A DNA stretch of 64,000 bases from Octopus sinensis (GCF_006345805.1 NC_042998.1:81406001-81470000); one strand, 5' to 3'; counted from the stretch's first letter, positions 28,076 through 44,137 are shown. Notes: generated by a model not told the origin, from the sequence alone. Numbers and translations: made by a program.

Positions 28076-28950
28076 CGATAGATAGATTATTAGATGCAAG
28101 AGTGAAAGAGAAAAAAGATCTTGCAGAAAAAGAATAAATGAACGTAAGACGAAGATAAAAGAAAAAAACATATGAGGGAGAAAAAGCAGTGTGAGGAAAA
28201 AGAAGGAGAAATGGATGGGAGAACGAGAAGCAGAAAAACAAAAGAGATAAAGAAACTTTTAAGCAATTGGATAAAGAATCTAGGAAAAGAAGGGAAAAAG
28301 AATTGATGGAAAAGATAAAGTGCTTTATGTGAAAGGAGAATTGTCAAAGAAAGGCATAAAACATTTAAAGAAAGACAGAGAGAAAGAAAACGAATGAGAA
28401 ACAAGAAAACGAAGAAAAAACGAGTTAGTAGGCGAATAAATGAAGATAATGAAATGAGAGAGATCATGTGAGTGATAGAAGTTTGATCTATGAAAATGAG
28501 GGGGGAAAGAGAAGTCTGTAAGGTGTATGAATGAAAAAAGTGAAGCAATGGTTTTATAAAGAATGGTTTGAAAATATGAATAACGAAGAAAAGGAAAGAA
28601 AGAGCCAGAAAAACGGAAAGATGGAGATGGAAGATGGGTGGTGGATACTGGTGAATTGGAAGAGAAGCACAGGTAAATGGACAAAGGTAGATAAAATGTG
28701 AACGAGGCATGTGATCAGTTTGGAGGGAGTAAAAGGAAAGTTTATATGAATGACTGAAGAAATTTGTCAGAAGGGATGAAGTATAGTGAATGAAAAGAAG
28801 GGATGAAGTATAGTGAATGAAGAGAAGGGATGAAGTATAGTGAATGAAAAGAAAAGAAAACTTAGGAAATGAGAGAAAAATATTTTGAGATGAAAAATAT
28901 AAGAAAATAGAGAATAGCAGGAGAGACGGAGATATTTTAAACAAATGAAT
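26700..28950. repeat. GA-rich polypurine low-complexity domain with (GATA)n core (27775-28085)
   Basis: About 2.2 kb of strong A/G bias. Confidence 0.92.
28769..28849. repeat. 27-bp minisatellite x3
   Basis: agaagggatgaagtatagtgaatgaa(a/g) x3. Confidence 0.95.
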
Positions 28951-29288
28951 AAAAGAGATAAATTTGTTACATTTTCTATATTACGAATTAGTCTGCAAAA
29001 GAGTCATAAGTCACAAAGAACTAATTGTGTGGGGACAGGGGCCACAGTGGTGGAGGTAGGAGCCATAGTGGTTTAAAAAGCGACATCCCCGATATATTTA
29101 ATCAGTAGTTATTTTATCGACCGCCCATGTAAAGAAAACCCTTGAAAATATCAACTCGTTTCAAGTCTTTGTCTTGGACGAGGAAGTAAAAGCTAGAAGC
29201 GTAAGCGAGAAATAGCCCAAGAGATCTATACTTCACAACCTTTCACTCTCACTTGTCTCTCTCTCTTTCACTCTTTCATTCTGTGTAA

Positions 29289-29393
<105 letters not shown>

Positions 29394-29520
29394 CGTGTGG
29401 GGTATGTGCATGTATATATATATATATATACTTACAGAGAGAGAGAGGGGGAGTGCAATAAAAGAAGACAGAGAGCAGTATGTATGTACACGTACCTAAT
29501 CATATATGTATGAGTTATAT

Positions 29521-29521
<1 letters not shown>

Positions 29522-29606
<85 letters not shown>

Positions 29607-29607
29607 G

Positions 29608-29666
<59 letters not shown>

Positions 29667-29668
29667 GT
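29522..29668. repeat. (TATC)n microsatellite
   Basis: Direct reading of the sequence. Confidence 0.97.
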
Positions 29669-29978
29669 CTGGTTATCCATCGAATGCAAGTGAGAGAGAG
29701 AGGCTAGGAGTGAAATGCCAAAAATGAAAAGGAAAGGAAAGGAAGGAAAGGAAAGGAAAGAAAGAAACAAAGGAAAATAAGAGAAAGAGAGAAAAAAGAA
29801 ACTCAAAGGAATGAAATTTGTTTGGGAGAAGGAGAGGAGATTAAAAGAAAGAGATGAAAGAAAAAGTAGAAATCTTGAAAGATAAGAGAAAAAGCGACAT
29901 CGAAAAGGAAATAAAGAAGGGAGAAAAGCGAATCAAAAGAAAGAAGCACCCGAAAGTAAAATATATGTTAGATTCGAT

Positions 29979-30218
29979 CAGTGGTTCTCAACAGGGTTCC
30001 ACATGGCCCTTAGGGGTGCATATAAGATATTGTTGCTAAAGTTTATATGCAATAAATTTCAACAATACACAAAATATTTAAACGTTTTTCTATTTGATTC
30101 CTAATACTGCTTGATCATAGAAATGCAATAGTTTTTAAATATCGAAGGTCCTCCCTCCTGAGCAAAATAGGAATCAAAGGGGGCCATTGGTAAAAAAGAA
30201 AATGTTCGAGGATTACTG
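29979..30218. mobile_element. hAT (Charlie-like) MITE (240 bp)
   Basis: TIRs cagtggttctcaac / gttcgaggattactg. TSD gattcgat / ggttagat (6 of 8 match). Confidence 0.7.
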
Positions 30219-31159
30219 GGTTAGATGATAGAAAGATGCAATGAAAAAAATAAAATGTGAGAAAAAATGACTGATAGTCCGACAGGAAAAAAAAAAAAGA
30301 TGAAAACGATTGATTGTTAGATCGACAAAAAAAGGAATAAAATGGATTGAAGATTCAAAAAAAAAAACTTATAATGAAAGATAAAAGAAACGAAGTAAAA
30401 ATGTGTGGAAGAATTTAGAATGAAAATCATGATTTAAAACATTTTAAAGGAAAAAAATTGTCATGAAGAAGGAAGTAAAAAAAGAGATAGAAAAAAAAGA
30501 CAAGAAAGGATAAAAAGGAAAAGCTGAAGTCAAAAATAGAGAAAAAATAGAAAGAGGATCAATGAAAGAGAAATGTATAAGAAAAAAATTGAAAGAGAGG
30601 CAAACGAGAGGAGGAAAATGAAAAGAAAAAAGTAGCAAGAAATCACATGAATTTGGAAAAAAGAATTGTCCACAATTAGAGGAAGAAGAAGAGTAAAAAA
30701 GAGACAAAGGACAAGAGAGAAAGAGAGAGAGAGAGAGTGAGAGAGAGGGGGGTTCAGAGAGTGAGGGAGAGATAGGGTAAGAAAGAGTAGAAGAGAGGGA
30801 GATAGACACAGAGAGAGGGGGTAAGGGAGTGAGAAATGAATTAAGTTTAGCAAGAATGGATAAATGAATTCAAGAAATCAAGTTGTGCGAAGGAGAAAAT
30901 GAAGGAAAGTAAGCACATGATTGGAGGAATGAAACTTTGAAAGTATGAAAGTACATTAGAACATATACTCATATACTACATACATACATTCATATATATA
31001 TCTTCATTTAGTGGTCTATTCCTTTATTTGCTTCAGTCATTTCCCTGCGGCCATGTTGGAGCACCGCCTTTACGTATATATGCGTATATATGAGTGTGTG
31101 TGTGTGTGGGTGGTGTGTGTGTATGTATGTATGTGTGTAAACATATATAAATATATATA

Positions 31160-31205
<46 letters not shown>

Positions 31206-31549
31206 ATTATATATAGTGTATGTATATTATATCTTTTTATCACGCATTCTAACTTCCATTCATTCATTACATATATACAGTGAGAGACACACAGGGAGCG
31301 AAAGACAGTGAGAGAAAAAGCAGGAAAGAAAGAGGGGAGTGTGTCAATGAGAGGGAGAGAAAGATAGAAAGCTGGAGAGAGAGATAGAGAGAAATACATA
31401 TTTTACATAGGGAAATAAATAACTCGCATATACACATACAAGGTATATTGACAAAATTCACACACACACACACACGCATATGCACACATGCAGTGACAGG
31501 AAGACAGCGTAAGAGAGAGAAGAGGAGGAAGAGAAGCAAAATAATAGAG

Positions 31550-31600
<51 letters not shown>

Positions 31601-32105
31601 AGCAATCAAAAAAGAGAAATTTATAGAAAAACACACGGAAAGTGGTCCGCTAGAATCAATTGAAATAATTAAATACGTTGCAATTATTAATTGAAATGAA
31701 TTCTGAAACAGTGTTGATGGTTTTATTGTCTGTCATAATTAATTGAAAACTCGTGAAAGACTTTTTAAATATATTCAGGTATTTGGAGCCTTCGTTTACG
31801 ATTCGAACACATACACAGACGCGCGCACACACTCACACACACATATATATATATATAACGTGAGAAATCTTATATATATATGTATATATAAACATATATA
31901 AAAGATACATGCACGCATACAAAAATTTTTTTTATATATTGTATATATATTTATATATACATGAATATATACATATTTGTGTGTGCGCGCGAGTTTGTGT
32001 GTGTTTGTTCGTGTGCGTGTACCCGTGTGGAAAACTTTTAAGATTGGTTTTGAGTGGATACCTTGCTCCTCTATGCATGTATGTGAGCATACATACATAC
32101 ATACA

Positions 32106-32136
<31 letters not shown>

Positions 32137-32310
32137 CCACTAGAGTGGATACAAGCGCTAATATATGATTTATGAAAACATGTGACGTTAATAAAAATCT
32201 GTAAATATAAAACCATTCAGATTTCTGAGTACCTTATTTCTTCTAATATATAATACCTGTACATCACCTCCAAACCTTCTAATATATATACATATATAAA
32301 TATATATATA

Positions 32311-32462
32311 GTGGCTATGTGGTAAATAGCTTGCTTAGCAACAACATGGTTCCAGGTCCAACCCCACTGCATAGCCCCTTGGTCAAGTGTCTTCTACTAA
32401 AGCCTCGAGCCGATCAAAGCCTTGTGAGTGGATTTGGTAGACGGAAACTGAAAGAAGCCCGT

Positions 32463-32508
<46 letters not shown>

Positions 32509-32723
32509 TGTGTATGTTTGCGTGTGTGTTTGTCTCCCAACATCGCTTTACAACCGATGCTGGTGTGTTTACGTCCACGTAACTTAGCTTTTCGGCAAAA
32601 GAGACCGATAGGTTAAGTACTAGGCTTACAAAGAATAAGTGCTGGGGTCAATTTGCTCGAATAAAGGCGATGCTCCAGCATGGCCGCATTCAAATGAGTG
32701 AAACAAGTAAAAGAATAAAAGAA
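32311..32723 (+). mobile_element. SINE family B with internal (TA)n
   Basis: Colinear with 8214-8656. Confidence 0.88.
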
Positions 32724-33040
32724 TATATATATATACGCATACATACAATCAAACATATATTTGTTGGCTAGCTAGATTTTGTTGAGGTCCAAACTTCGTT
32801 AGCCAGAGTGCAGTTTTGTTCGGACATACGATTACCAAGTCAATGGACAATACACTATCACCTGTTCACACGTGGAAGACCGGATTCATGGGAAAAACTG
32901 CTTTTTTGCCCTAAGTGAAAGATAGGCACACACAGACACACACACACAGGCACACAAGCAAACACGCACATATACACGCATGGAAGTACCGGGAGATTTC
33001 TCCTATTCATTGATTATATTAATATGTATGTATATATATG

Positions 33041-33113
<73 letters not shown>

Positions 33114-33389
33114 GGAATACTCTTTTTCGATGTTGGAATTCTTTTCCACGCATGTATGTAAATGCATGCATGAATGCACCTCGACGCGCATTCACAGACA
33201 CCCAATATACACGAACAGACGCACACACGAACGGACATAACGAAAGATAACAAAATATGAATACTGGAGCTTATGATATCAAGCGTCACTAAAAAATCTC
33301 CATACAACGCAGATAAAGGTCCGCACCTGGCGAAAACACGCATCAATTAACTGATCATGACTTGGATATTACATACCCACAATACATAC

Positions 33390-33428
<39 letters not shown>

Positions 33429-33568
33429 TATATAAATGTACATATTTGTATGTATACACACACACATGTATGTATGTGTGTATGCATATATTTATACATT
33501 ATATAAGTATATATATTATTATAATATATATATATCTATATATATATTACGATATATATATGTATATG

Positions 33569-33890
33569 TATAAAATATTATTAGAGACAAAACCACTATT
33601 TTGCAAACAAACAAGGAAAGACTTAATCAATACATAAAATTTTAATAAATAGTCAAAAAAACCGCCACTACAATTGTTACTTGTCTTGATCGACAATCTT
33701 CAGGTGGACTTCCAATAAGTCAGTTTCAAATTATGATATTTATTAAATTTTATGTATTGATTAAGTCTTTCCTTGTTGTTTTGCAAAATAGTGGTTTTGT
33801 CTCTAATAATATTTTATATATTTACTATAAATTGGATTAATCCTAAATCTGATTTTTCCCTGTAATTTGGATTATTCCCTAATATTTATT
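33569..33890 (-). mobile_element. Foldback PLE-type pLTR remnant (~82-bp arms 33569-33651 / 33737-33818) with degenerate hammerhead at 33665-33707
   Basis: Near-perfect inverted arms between TA tracts. Minus strand reads ccac-CTGAAGA-t-tgtc/gaca...acaattgt-a-gtgg. Confidence 0.65.
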
Positions 33891-34000
33891 ATGTATATGT
33901 ATATATAAGTATGGTATTATATATATGTGTGTGTGTGTGTGTGTGTATTTATCTATCTATATATTATCTATCTATCTAACTATATAATATATATATATAG

Positions 34001-34060
<60 letters not shown>

Positions 34061-34320
34061 TATACCATCTCACTCAATCCACACGAATTTTGCAATAAAT
34101 TTGACTCTAGTTTCAAGCCTGAGTCACCACGCATCACTAAATGATCCGTTGTTATGCTTAAAATACTTTTAAAACAATTCTTTGCTTAAAAAAAATTTCC
34201 AACTTATAAATGTGCATGTATGTATTTTAGTGTGTCTGTTTGCACGTACCTGTGTGTAATTGTGTTTGTGTGTGAGAGCTTATGTGCTTGTACATGTGTG
34301 TGTGTGTGCGTGTGTGTGTG

Positions 34321-34353
<33 letters not shown>

Positions 34354-34658
34354 ATTTATGCGTGTACGTGTGATTGCGGAGTGTGTAGTGGCTGGAGAAA
34401 GATGACTGGAGGGAGTCATTGAAATGTGACTATATTGATCATTTGAATAAGAGATTGGATGAAAAAAAGCAATAGTTGAATGAATGGTGAAATAGGTTGA
34501 CAAATGTTTAGCCAGTGAGAAATACACACGAGAAATCGAATAAAAAATGTTAGTTGGAATATACATGGATTAATGAAAGAAATGTATATAGAAAAGTTAA
34601 TAGATATTCACATAGATGGTTATTGATTGAACCCAGATAAGTAGATATATATAGAGAA

Positions 34659-34697
<39 letters not shown>

Positions 34698-35457
34698 GAG
34701 ACAGATAAGGGGAGAGGGAAAGAGAAAGAGCCAGAGACAGAGGCAGAGAGGGAGAGTGAGAGAAGAAGGGAGAAAGTTATAATCAAGGATTGACGAGAAA
34801 AGTTCAAAGATAAAATAATACATTACTCATTATATCTATTTAACTATATACAATATACAAATATACGTACATACACACACACACATCACACACACACACA
34901 CACCACACACACACACACATACACGCACACACACAGATATATCTATATATATAAATCATTTGAGGTAGAGATTCATCTACTTTGATGTATCAATTCAAAT
35001 AAATCGCATACATTCTCCAGCCTAATTTGCTCTGTTAGATTAGTCTCATGATATAATTTTAACTTTCTTTTTTTGCCGATACAGTATAACCGTCACCTGC
35101 TATTTCTGCTAAGATGAAACATCGAAAACAATGAAACAAATAAATATTTCTTTCAATGAAAGTCTTTGGCATTAGTTTTGTACATTTTGGTTTTCCCGGT
35201 TTCTTAAATAGCATCCTTTTCATAATTATTTCATGACTCTTTTTTTTTTTATATGAATATCCGTTAATATTGATGTTTGAAACAGATGCGTTCTTGTAAA
35301 TGCATATTCTATGCATAGTTATCAATTAATTGTTCTATCTATCCTATTGTGTTCTATTTGTCCATATATCTTTTAATCTGTCAATATATCTCTCTATCCC
35401 CCTCTCAGTCTCTCTTTTTTCTCTTAAAAAATTATATATATATATCCCTCTCTCTCT

Positions 35458-35488
<31 letters not shown>

Positions 35489-35598
35489 AATTTAAAATAA
35501 TAAAGTTGAAAATTGAATATTAATTTGATTAATATCAATTTAAAACCATATACATATACATATATATATGTGTGTGTGTGGATGGTGTATATATGCAT

Positions 35599-35662
<64 letters not shown>

Positions 35663-35719
35663 CATGTATACGTATATATACATATATATAAAATACAGGT
35701 GCAGATACTTATGTATATG

Positions 35720-35766
<47 letters not shown>

Positions 35767-36135
35767 ACGTGTGTGTGTGTGTATATGTATATGTATATGT
35801 GCCTGTGTGTATCTATGTATATACATATACACACATAATTACAGTGACAATACTCGATCTCAGATACTCATACATAATCCTTTTTCAATCGATACCCAAA
35901 TTCTTATTTTCTAAATTTCCACCTTCACTCTTCCACATTTCCTTGAAACATGCACTATGTAATGGAAAAGGAAAATAAACTATGAAACATAATAAAATAC
36001 ACATCATCCGAAACTCTTTCATAACACACACAATAAAAAGTAAAATTAAGTTAATTAATTAATTTATTTCTTCTTATTATCATTATTGTCATTAACATCT
36101 TTCAATGTTAATTCCATTTCTTACCGATTGTCAGC

Positions 36136-36174
<39 letters not shown>

Positions 36175-36177
36175 GAA

Positions 36178-36351
36178 GGCGGCGATCTGGCAGAGTCGTT
36201 AGCACACCGGACAAAATGCTTAGCAGCAATTCGTCACTCTTTACGTTTCAAGTTCAAATTCCGCCGAGGTCGACTCAGCCTTTCATCCTTTCAGGGTCGA
36301 TAAAATGTGTACTGACTGGAGTGGACTGGCCTTTTGCCAAAATTTGAAACC

Positions 36352-36352
<1 letters not shown>
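36178..36352 (+). mobile_element. SINE family A flanked by (ATT)n on both sides
   Basis: ggcggcgatctggcaga...gttcaaattccgccgaggtcgac. Confidence 0.85.
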
Positions 36353-36411
<59 letters not shown>

Positions 36412-37781
36412 CATGGTTTTCTTAAATGCTAAACCGTAGACGTGAAATGGCTGGAATCAAAGCGAAAGTAAAAACGGAAATTAGTTTTGGGTTGTCAGAA
36501 ATATTCTTACCTGAGGTATTTGCGCTAAAAACTGTTGCGAGAAATTTGTTAGATTGTTTATGAAATTTTTTGCGGTTTTATGTTTCTTTCAACTATCACT
36601 GGTCGGAACGTTGACACGGTTTCTGTTGTAGTAATAGTAGCAGTAGTAATAATAATATTGGTAAAGTTGGTGGTGGTAGTTGTGTTGGTGATAGTTTTGT
36701 GCTGCCGTAGTCGTAATCGTGGTCGTGGTAGTGGTCGTGGTCATGTGATAAAAACTTGTGCTTCCAAAAAGCCTAAATGGTTGAAACGGTAATAAGAAAG
36801 TTGTTTAAGTTTGGTCAGTTCGATGCGTTTATATCTTGTATGTTGTGCTTTCTACAACTAAGAGCGCTACCGACACACTTGTCGCTATCTGTTAATTGCT
36901 ACCGCTACTGCTACTGCTACCGCTACTGCTAGTGTTTTTAACTGTTGCTACTCATACCGTTACCATTATGCTATACCTACAACTGCTGCTGCTGCTGCTG
37001 CTACAGTTATTGTGGCTGCAACCTGTTGACTGTCGCCACCTCCGTTCAAAATATTCTTTCCTACTGCAACCGCTACTGTTGCAAACAATTGAAGCGAGGC
37101 CCTAGCAAGGTAGCTTTCTGAGGAAAAGGGAACTTGACAGAGAAAATATATTACTTGCAATAATTAAAAGGTGTAATAGAAGAAATATAATCGAGATATC
37201 TGTGTATTATTGTGGAATGTGATTTGGTGGATTTGATGCTTTACCTGTTCTAAATAATGCAACGAACAGCAGAAAATTATTAAAATACAAATGCGAAATG
37301 CCAACATGTTACGAATAACAATGCTGATGATGATGATAATAATAATAATAATAATAATAATCATTATCATATTAATCATTATTATATAATTAATCATTAT
37401 ATTATACTTATACTTAATTACAAATTATACGTAATATTCTTAGTTCTTTTATTTTCCATAGGAGCATCAAGTGAGGGGGAATATTATGAGGACAGTTTGT
37501 GTGGGAGTTTGCAGTAGAAATGAGGGGGAAGAAAAAGTGAGAAGGGGGAATAATAATAGATTCCGATTTTGGCACGAGATCAACGATTTGCGGGGGTGTT
37601 CAGACGAAAATAGCAATTTTAGGACGTTACTTGTACTTTGTTTTATTGAACCCGAAAGAATGACCAGTGAAGATAACCTCCCCAGTAATTGAACTCAGAA
37701 GGCAAAGAGCCAGAAGTATTTTGTTCGACGCACTAATAATTTTGCCAATATACCACCACCACCATCACCACCATGATAATG

Positions 37782-37838
<57 letters not shown>

Positions 37839-37840
37839 TA

Positions 37841-38033
37841 TTTCTTTATTACCCACAAGGGGCTAAACATAGAGGGGACAAACAAGGACAGACAAAGGTA
37901 CTAAGTCGATTACATCGACCCCAGTGCGTAACTAGTACTTAATTCATCGATCCCGAAAGGATTAAAGGCAAAGTCGACCTCGGCGGAATTTGAACTCAGA
38001 ACGTAACGACAGACGAAATACCGCTAAGCATTT
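37841..38033 (-). mobile_element. SINE family A, 5'-truncated, adjoining (AAT)n
   Basis: Reverse complement of 15190-15383. Confidence 0.88.
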
Positions 38034-38321
38034 TAAGGAAGATGACAATGGTGATGATGATGATAATGAGGAGGAGGAGGATGATAAGGATGTGGTGGAT
38101 GTTGGTGGTAGTGATGATGATGATTATTCTACCATAGTTACAAGGTGTTTGTATTTGACTGGTACTTAATTTGAATGCTTCAGTAATATTTGCACATTGT
38201 GAATTAAGATGCAGTCATGTTGCTCCACCGGTTCTACATTCACCTTTCTTTAATAATTATAATAACAATCGTAATAATAATAATAATGATAATGATGATG
38301 ATAATAATGATGATGATGATG

Positions 38322-38360
<39 letters not shown>

Positions 38361-39099
38361 GCAACAACAACAACACCTAAGATGTGATGATAGGGAAAAG
38401 GATGCTGTTGAGGATGATCATACCGTTGATGGTATTGATGGTGGTGGTGGTGGTGGTGGCGGTGCCGTGATAATGATGATGAAGCAAAAAAAAAGTATAT
38501 TACAAATACAATTTAAAAAAAAAAAAACAGCAAAGAAAAAGTAAAAAATTCGCAGAAACCTCCAGATTCTAAAACCTATCTCCAAAAATTATTTTCCTGA
38601 ATGGGAGGAGACAAATAACAGTGCGTTACAGGATTGACGTACCTGTATACCAGTGTACGTAAGGAATATTTGCATATATGGAGTATGAATGTGTATTGTG
38701 TGTGCGCGCGCTCAGTTCACACATTCACAGGTATTGTTGTGTAGTTTCCCCCACTAAAAATGACAGCCGACGTCATATCTAGATCACACCCATTTTACTT
38801 CGTTGAATTGAGATATTGGTCATAAGACATCAACCACATTCTCTTACGTCAAACGAGGAGAGGTGTGTGTTAGTGTGTGATGTCTGCGACGTGCAAGTTA
38901 CCTGTGTGTGCGTGCGTGTATGTGTCAGTGTGTGTTTGTGTGTGTGTGTAATTTGTGCGGCGTGTAATGTTTGCGTTCTGTGTGATATATATGGCTGGTT
39001 TTATTCTAAGACTTAATTTAGACTTCCCATTTATTCCACAAAGTACATAGAATATTACTTCATTAACTTTCTCCTCACCTTGATGTATGTATCTATGTA

Positions 39100-40250
<1,151 letters not shown>

Positions 40251-42118
40251 TTTACTTGTGATGGAAATATCAGTCTCCTCAGAAAAGAAAAAATATGTAT
40301 ATACATATATACATAGTGGGGACTATACAAGGTAATCTGATAGGATATCTTTTATTCATATGTGTGCCACTATTACTGAGAATAAGTGACTGTTAGTTTT
40401 ATACGCACACATGCATGCATACATAAATACATACACGCATACATACACACACATACACACACATACACACACGCACAAACACACACATATATATATGTCT
40501 ATAAAACGAAGAGCTACTTATTTTCAGTAATAACGGCACATCAATAAAAGAGGCCCTATAACATTACCGTTCTTAGTTCCCACTGTGGCCCTGGTGCCAT
40601 CACAGATCCGACGGCAATTAAGCGTCTCCCCATCCATGCACCCACCACACTCACGAAACCTGTTATTCCAGACTCACTGATATTGTGGATATTCTCGATC
40701 ATCACTCGTCGGCACCTGAAACGCATCAGTCTAGGTATTTCTAAGTGACGTGTACTAGAAGGTAACCTAATGTTGAAGACGATCAAGTGGTTTTTATCTT
40801 CGATAAATAACAAAAGAAAAGATCTTAAAACAAAGATGTACAATGAATACAAAATGCAAACTGCCCTCTCTTCATCCTATAAGGCTTGTATGTGATGTCA
40901 CTTACTACAAGTCTGATAATGGATTACACCACTTTGTAATAGCCCTTATTACTCTCCGTCATGAAATCGTCCTCGATAATGACCTTAACTGCAGTACATC
41001 CTCGACAACCAGGGTAATGGCTGATAGCTGATAGCTTATAGCTGATAATGTCTTCCTCAATAGTGACTAGACTGGACTTGATGCCACTTTCACTAGTTTA
41101 TTCCCGCCCTCATTGATATGTGATTTGCTGTGTTTGTTGGGCTGAATCTTGTGTCATTTTGGTCTCTGCCATATTTTTGCTTACGTTATCGATATACATG
41201 AAGCAGAATGAGAAAGTAAAAAAAAAAAAACCCTGTTAATAAATTGTAGTATTCCCTAGACCAGTACTAGCTTACTCTTTTACCTACGGACCTCGTAGCC
41301 CCTAGATGGTAGATTATATACTTTTAACATATGGAGCTTCAAGACTCTTTTGTAGGCCATGTTTATCTTTCCTTTTTCTTCTTCCCTTTCTTTATATTGT
41401 ATGCTCTTTTTTTTTACTCTCATGAAGCTCCTTGTCTTAATTCGAATGTCCTATGAAGATTAAGTACTTTATTCTCGCATTTATTTATAGACTGCACTTT
41501 TGTAACCGATCAATGACGGCCGTTAGAAATGTTACGTCACCTATTTATTATATCATGCTGTGTATTAAAAAATAAGCTATAAATGTGGTCCAATCGATGT
41601 GTTTGTTAATCTGAGGTTTTCTCCATTTTCTGATTATATATATATATACGTCTGAGCATAGCAGACACATTTCCACACTTGTCCACATGTATATTGCTCC
41701 CACATCCAATATACGTAGAAATGTAGTTTGGTTGGTCCAATATCGGTAATTAGCTTTCAAACACAAATATAAGTAAAAAAATTTAAATACCGTATCAACA
41801 AAGAAAAAATGAAAATATAGAATAAGAATACAATAAAAAGAGGGATCTTTTCAATTCTGAAGCCAGGACCACAGATCTTTCTACTTAACTAAATATTCTG
41901 AAACTTCGTATGCTGATAGAGTCTAGCAAAACAAGACACAGGTTGGAACTAGTTTATTTGAGAAAAATCTATTTTATGACTTTAATCGTAGATTAAAACT
42001 GCGAATTTTAACCAATCAGATTGTTTGTTTTCATGTGTAAAACTTGACTGCATTCTATTAGTGTGACGTAGAAAGCGCTTTTGTGACGTACTAACGTTCG
42101 GAAAACTGTAAACAAACA

Positions 42119-42185
42119 CAGAACGTAACGGCAGACGAAATACGGCTACGCATTTCGCCCGGCGTGCTAACGTTTCTGCCAGCTC
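42119..42185 (-). mobile_element. SINE family A, head fragment
   Basis: Reverse complement of gagctggcagaaacgttagcacgccgggcgaaatgcgtagc... Confidence 0.8.
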
Positions 42186-42772
42186 TTTGCTTTTGTAATA
42201 TTAAATTTCTTGTCTTTTGCACAAATAAATACAATAAGTGAAATGAAACGCATTAGCTTAGAAACGAAATCTTGTTAGAAGCCTCGTCACTGAGATGCCA
42301 CTTCTTAATAGCAAACGAAAGCAAGTACTAACAGAATGGAAACATTTTCAATTTAATACATGTGGCTTATTAACTAGTTTTAAATACTGTTATTAGAAGG
42401 TGGCTGACTATAGGATCCTGGAAACATGAGTACGTTAAATAATTAGAAGGAGATTTCACGGAGACATGCGGTTTATTTACATTTAAGATGTTTAATACGT
42501 CACCAACTTGGTGGTCGAGACGGAGTAAATAAAATAAAGCCGAATGACGGAATATCATTGGTTAAAATTCTAATTATTAAACAACGTTAAACTTAGAAGT
42601 TACAATTCCGTTTTCATTCTGGTTTACAATTAAGTTTACTTTTGACACATTCTACCAGTATACGAAGTTTCAAATTGTTTGGTTCAGTAGGAAAAATTTG
42701 AAAAAACTGGCTTCAGAATTGAAAAGATCCAAAAAGAGTACAATAACAGCAAAATAAAAATAATAAGATGAG

Positions 42773-43870
42773 TTCGAGGGTCAGGTGAAAATATCATAGG
42801 CTAACCAAGATACTCTGATGGAATGTGACCAAATGTAGATATACTTTATAATACAGACCTCCTGCGGTCCACACGCTTCTCCCATCAGTGTTGCAGTGCT
42901 TGGATCCAATTGGTGAAGAAGCTTTCTTCCTGTTCGTGAGAAAAGTCTTTAACAGCAGATTTCACATCATCATCATTGCGATATTGGTTCCCAACCAAGT
43001 GTTTTTTCATGTTCGGGAACAGATAATAGTCAGACAGGGCCAAATGAGGAGAGTAGGGAGGTAATCAACCAGTTCAAGCGAAATTCCAGCACTACAGACA
43101 TAGAAACGTGTGTGACGCAATATTGTCCTCATGAAACGAAACCTCTTCCATCAGTCTTCCTAAGAGTTTGGTCTTGATGGCCATTTGTAAGTGCCTTAAC
43201 AATTTGGCATCGTACTCTCCGCTGATGGTGTGACACTTCTGAAGATTGTCAATAAACACAATGACTCTTGTATTCCAAAAACCATCATTTTCCCTGTAGA
43301 TGAAACGACCTTGGCCTTATTCAAAGCAGGTGAGAAAGAGTATCTCTGCATGTATTGTCCCTTTTCCTCTGGCTCAAAGTGAAGAGCATATCATATATCC
43401 TAGGTTCAAAAATGTTCAAAGCAACTAGGTGTATCTGCATCAAACAGTGTCAGATTTTCCTGTAGCTCATGCACTTTTGAACAGGTGACAGAAGATGTGG
43501 TACCCACCGAGCAGTAACTTTCGTCATGTCATGTTCATTGTGCACAATATTCTCAACTGTCTCACGAGATATGCTGATAACATTGGCCATTTGATTTATA
43601 GTCAATCGCTAGTCATACATCACCGTGTGATGAACACGAATCATGTTTTCCTCTGTGGTAGCAATTGCAGAATGTCTAGACCTTGGATCATTTTCAAAAT
43701 CGCCCTAAACTTCCTAAATTTACCAGCTCCCTTTTGCACTGTTAATAAAACTTGAGCATCCCCTAGTGCAGCAGCCATGTCAGCATGAATGTCCTTGGGG
43801 GTCTAAACACTTTTTCTGCAGGTAATTGATGACAACATGATGTCAAATTTTGTCGAGTTTCAAAAGAGGT
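42773..43870 (-). mobile_element. Degenerate mariner (Tc1/mariner) transposon
   Basis: Minus strand encodes remnants ...KDIHADM..., ARWVPHLL, LPYSPHLALSDYYLFPNMKKHL..., QALQH*WEKRVDR, with multiple stops and frameshifts. One tacgaggg-like end at ~42773. Confidence 0.85.
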
Positions 43871-44137
43871 CGCTACTGCTTACTTTTGAAGTTTTAGAAC
43901 AGTCAAACAGTCAGAAGTGAGTTTGCCGGGGGGGGGGGCGTGTAAACAAGCTGTTGTTAATAAAGACAGAAAGGAATACATGCAAGATTTTGCAGCACTA
44001 GCGCCACTCCTTCATAGTCTGCCTATGAACTTTTCAGCCTACCGTGGTGTACACACACACACACACACACACATACACACACACACACACGCACGTATAT
44101 GCATATGTGTATGTGTGTATGTGAGTGTGTATGTATG

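Noticed and set aside
28090-28944. 284-aa hydrophobic ORF with a LLFIHYTSS x3 repeat
   Set aside because: Antisense of a polypurine tract, and the repeat is a 27-bp minisatellite.
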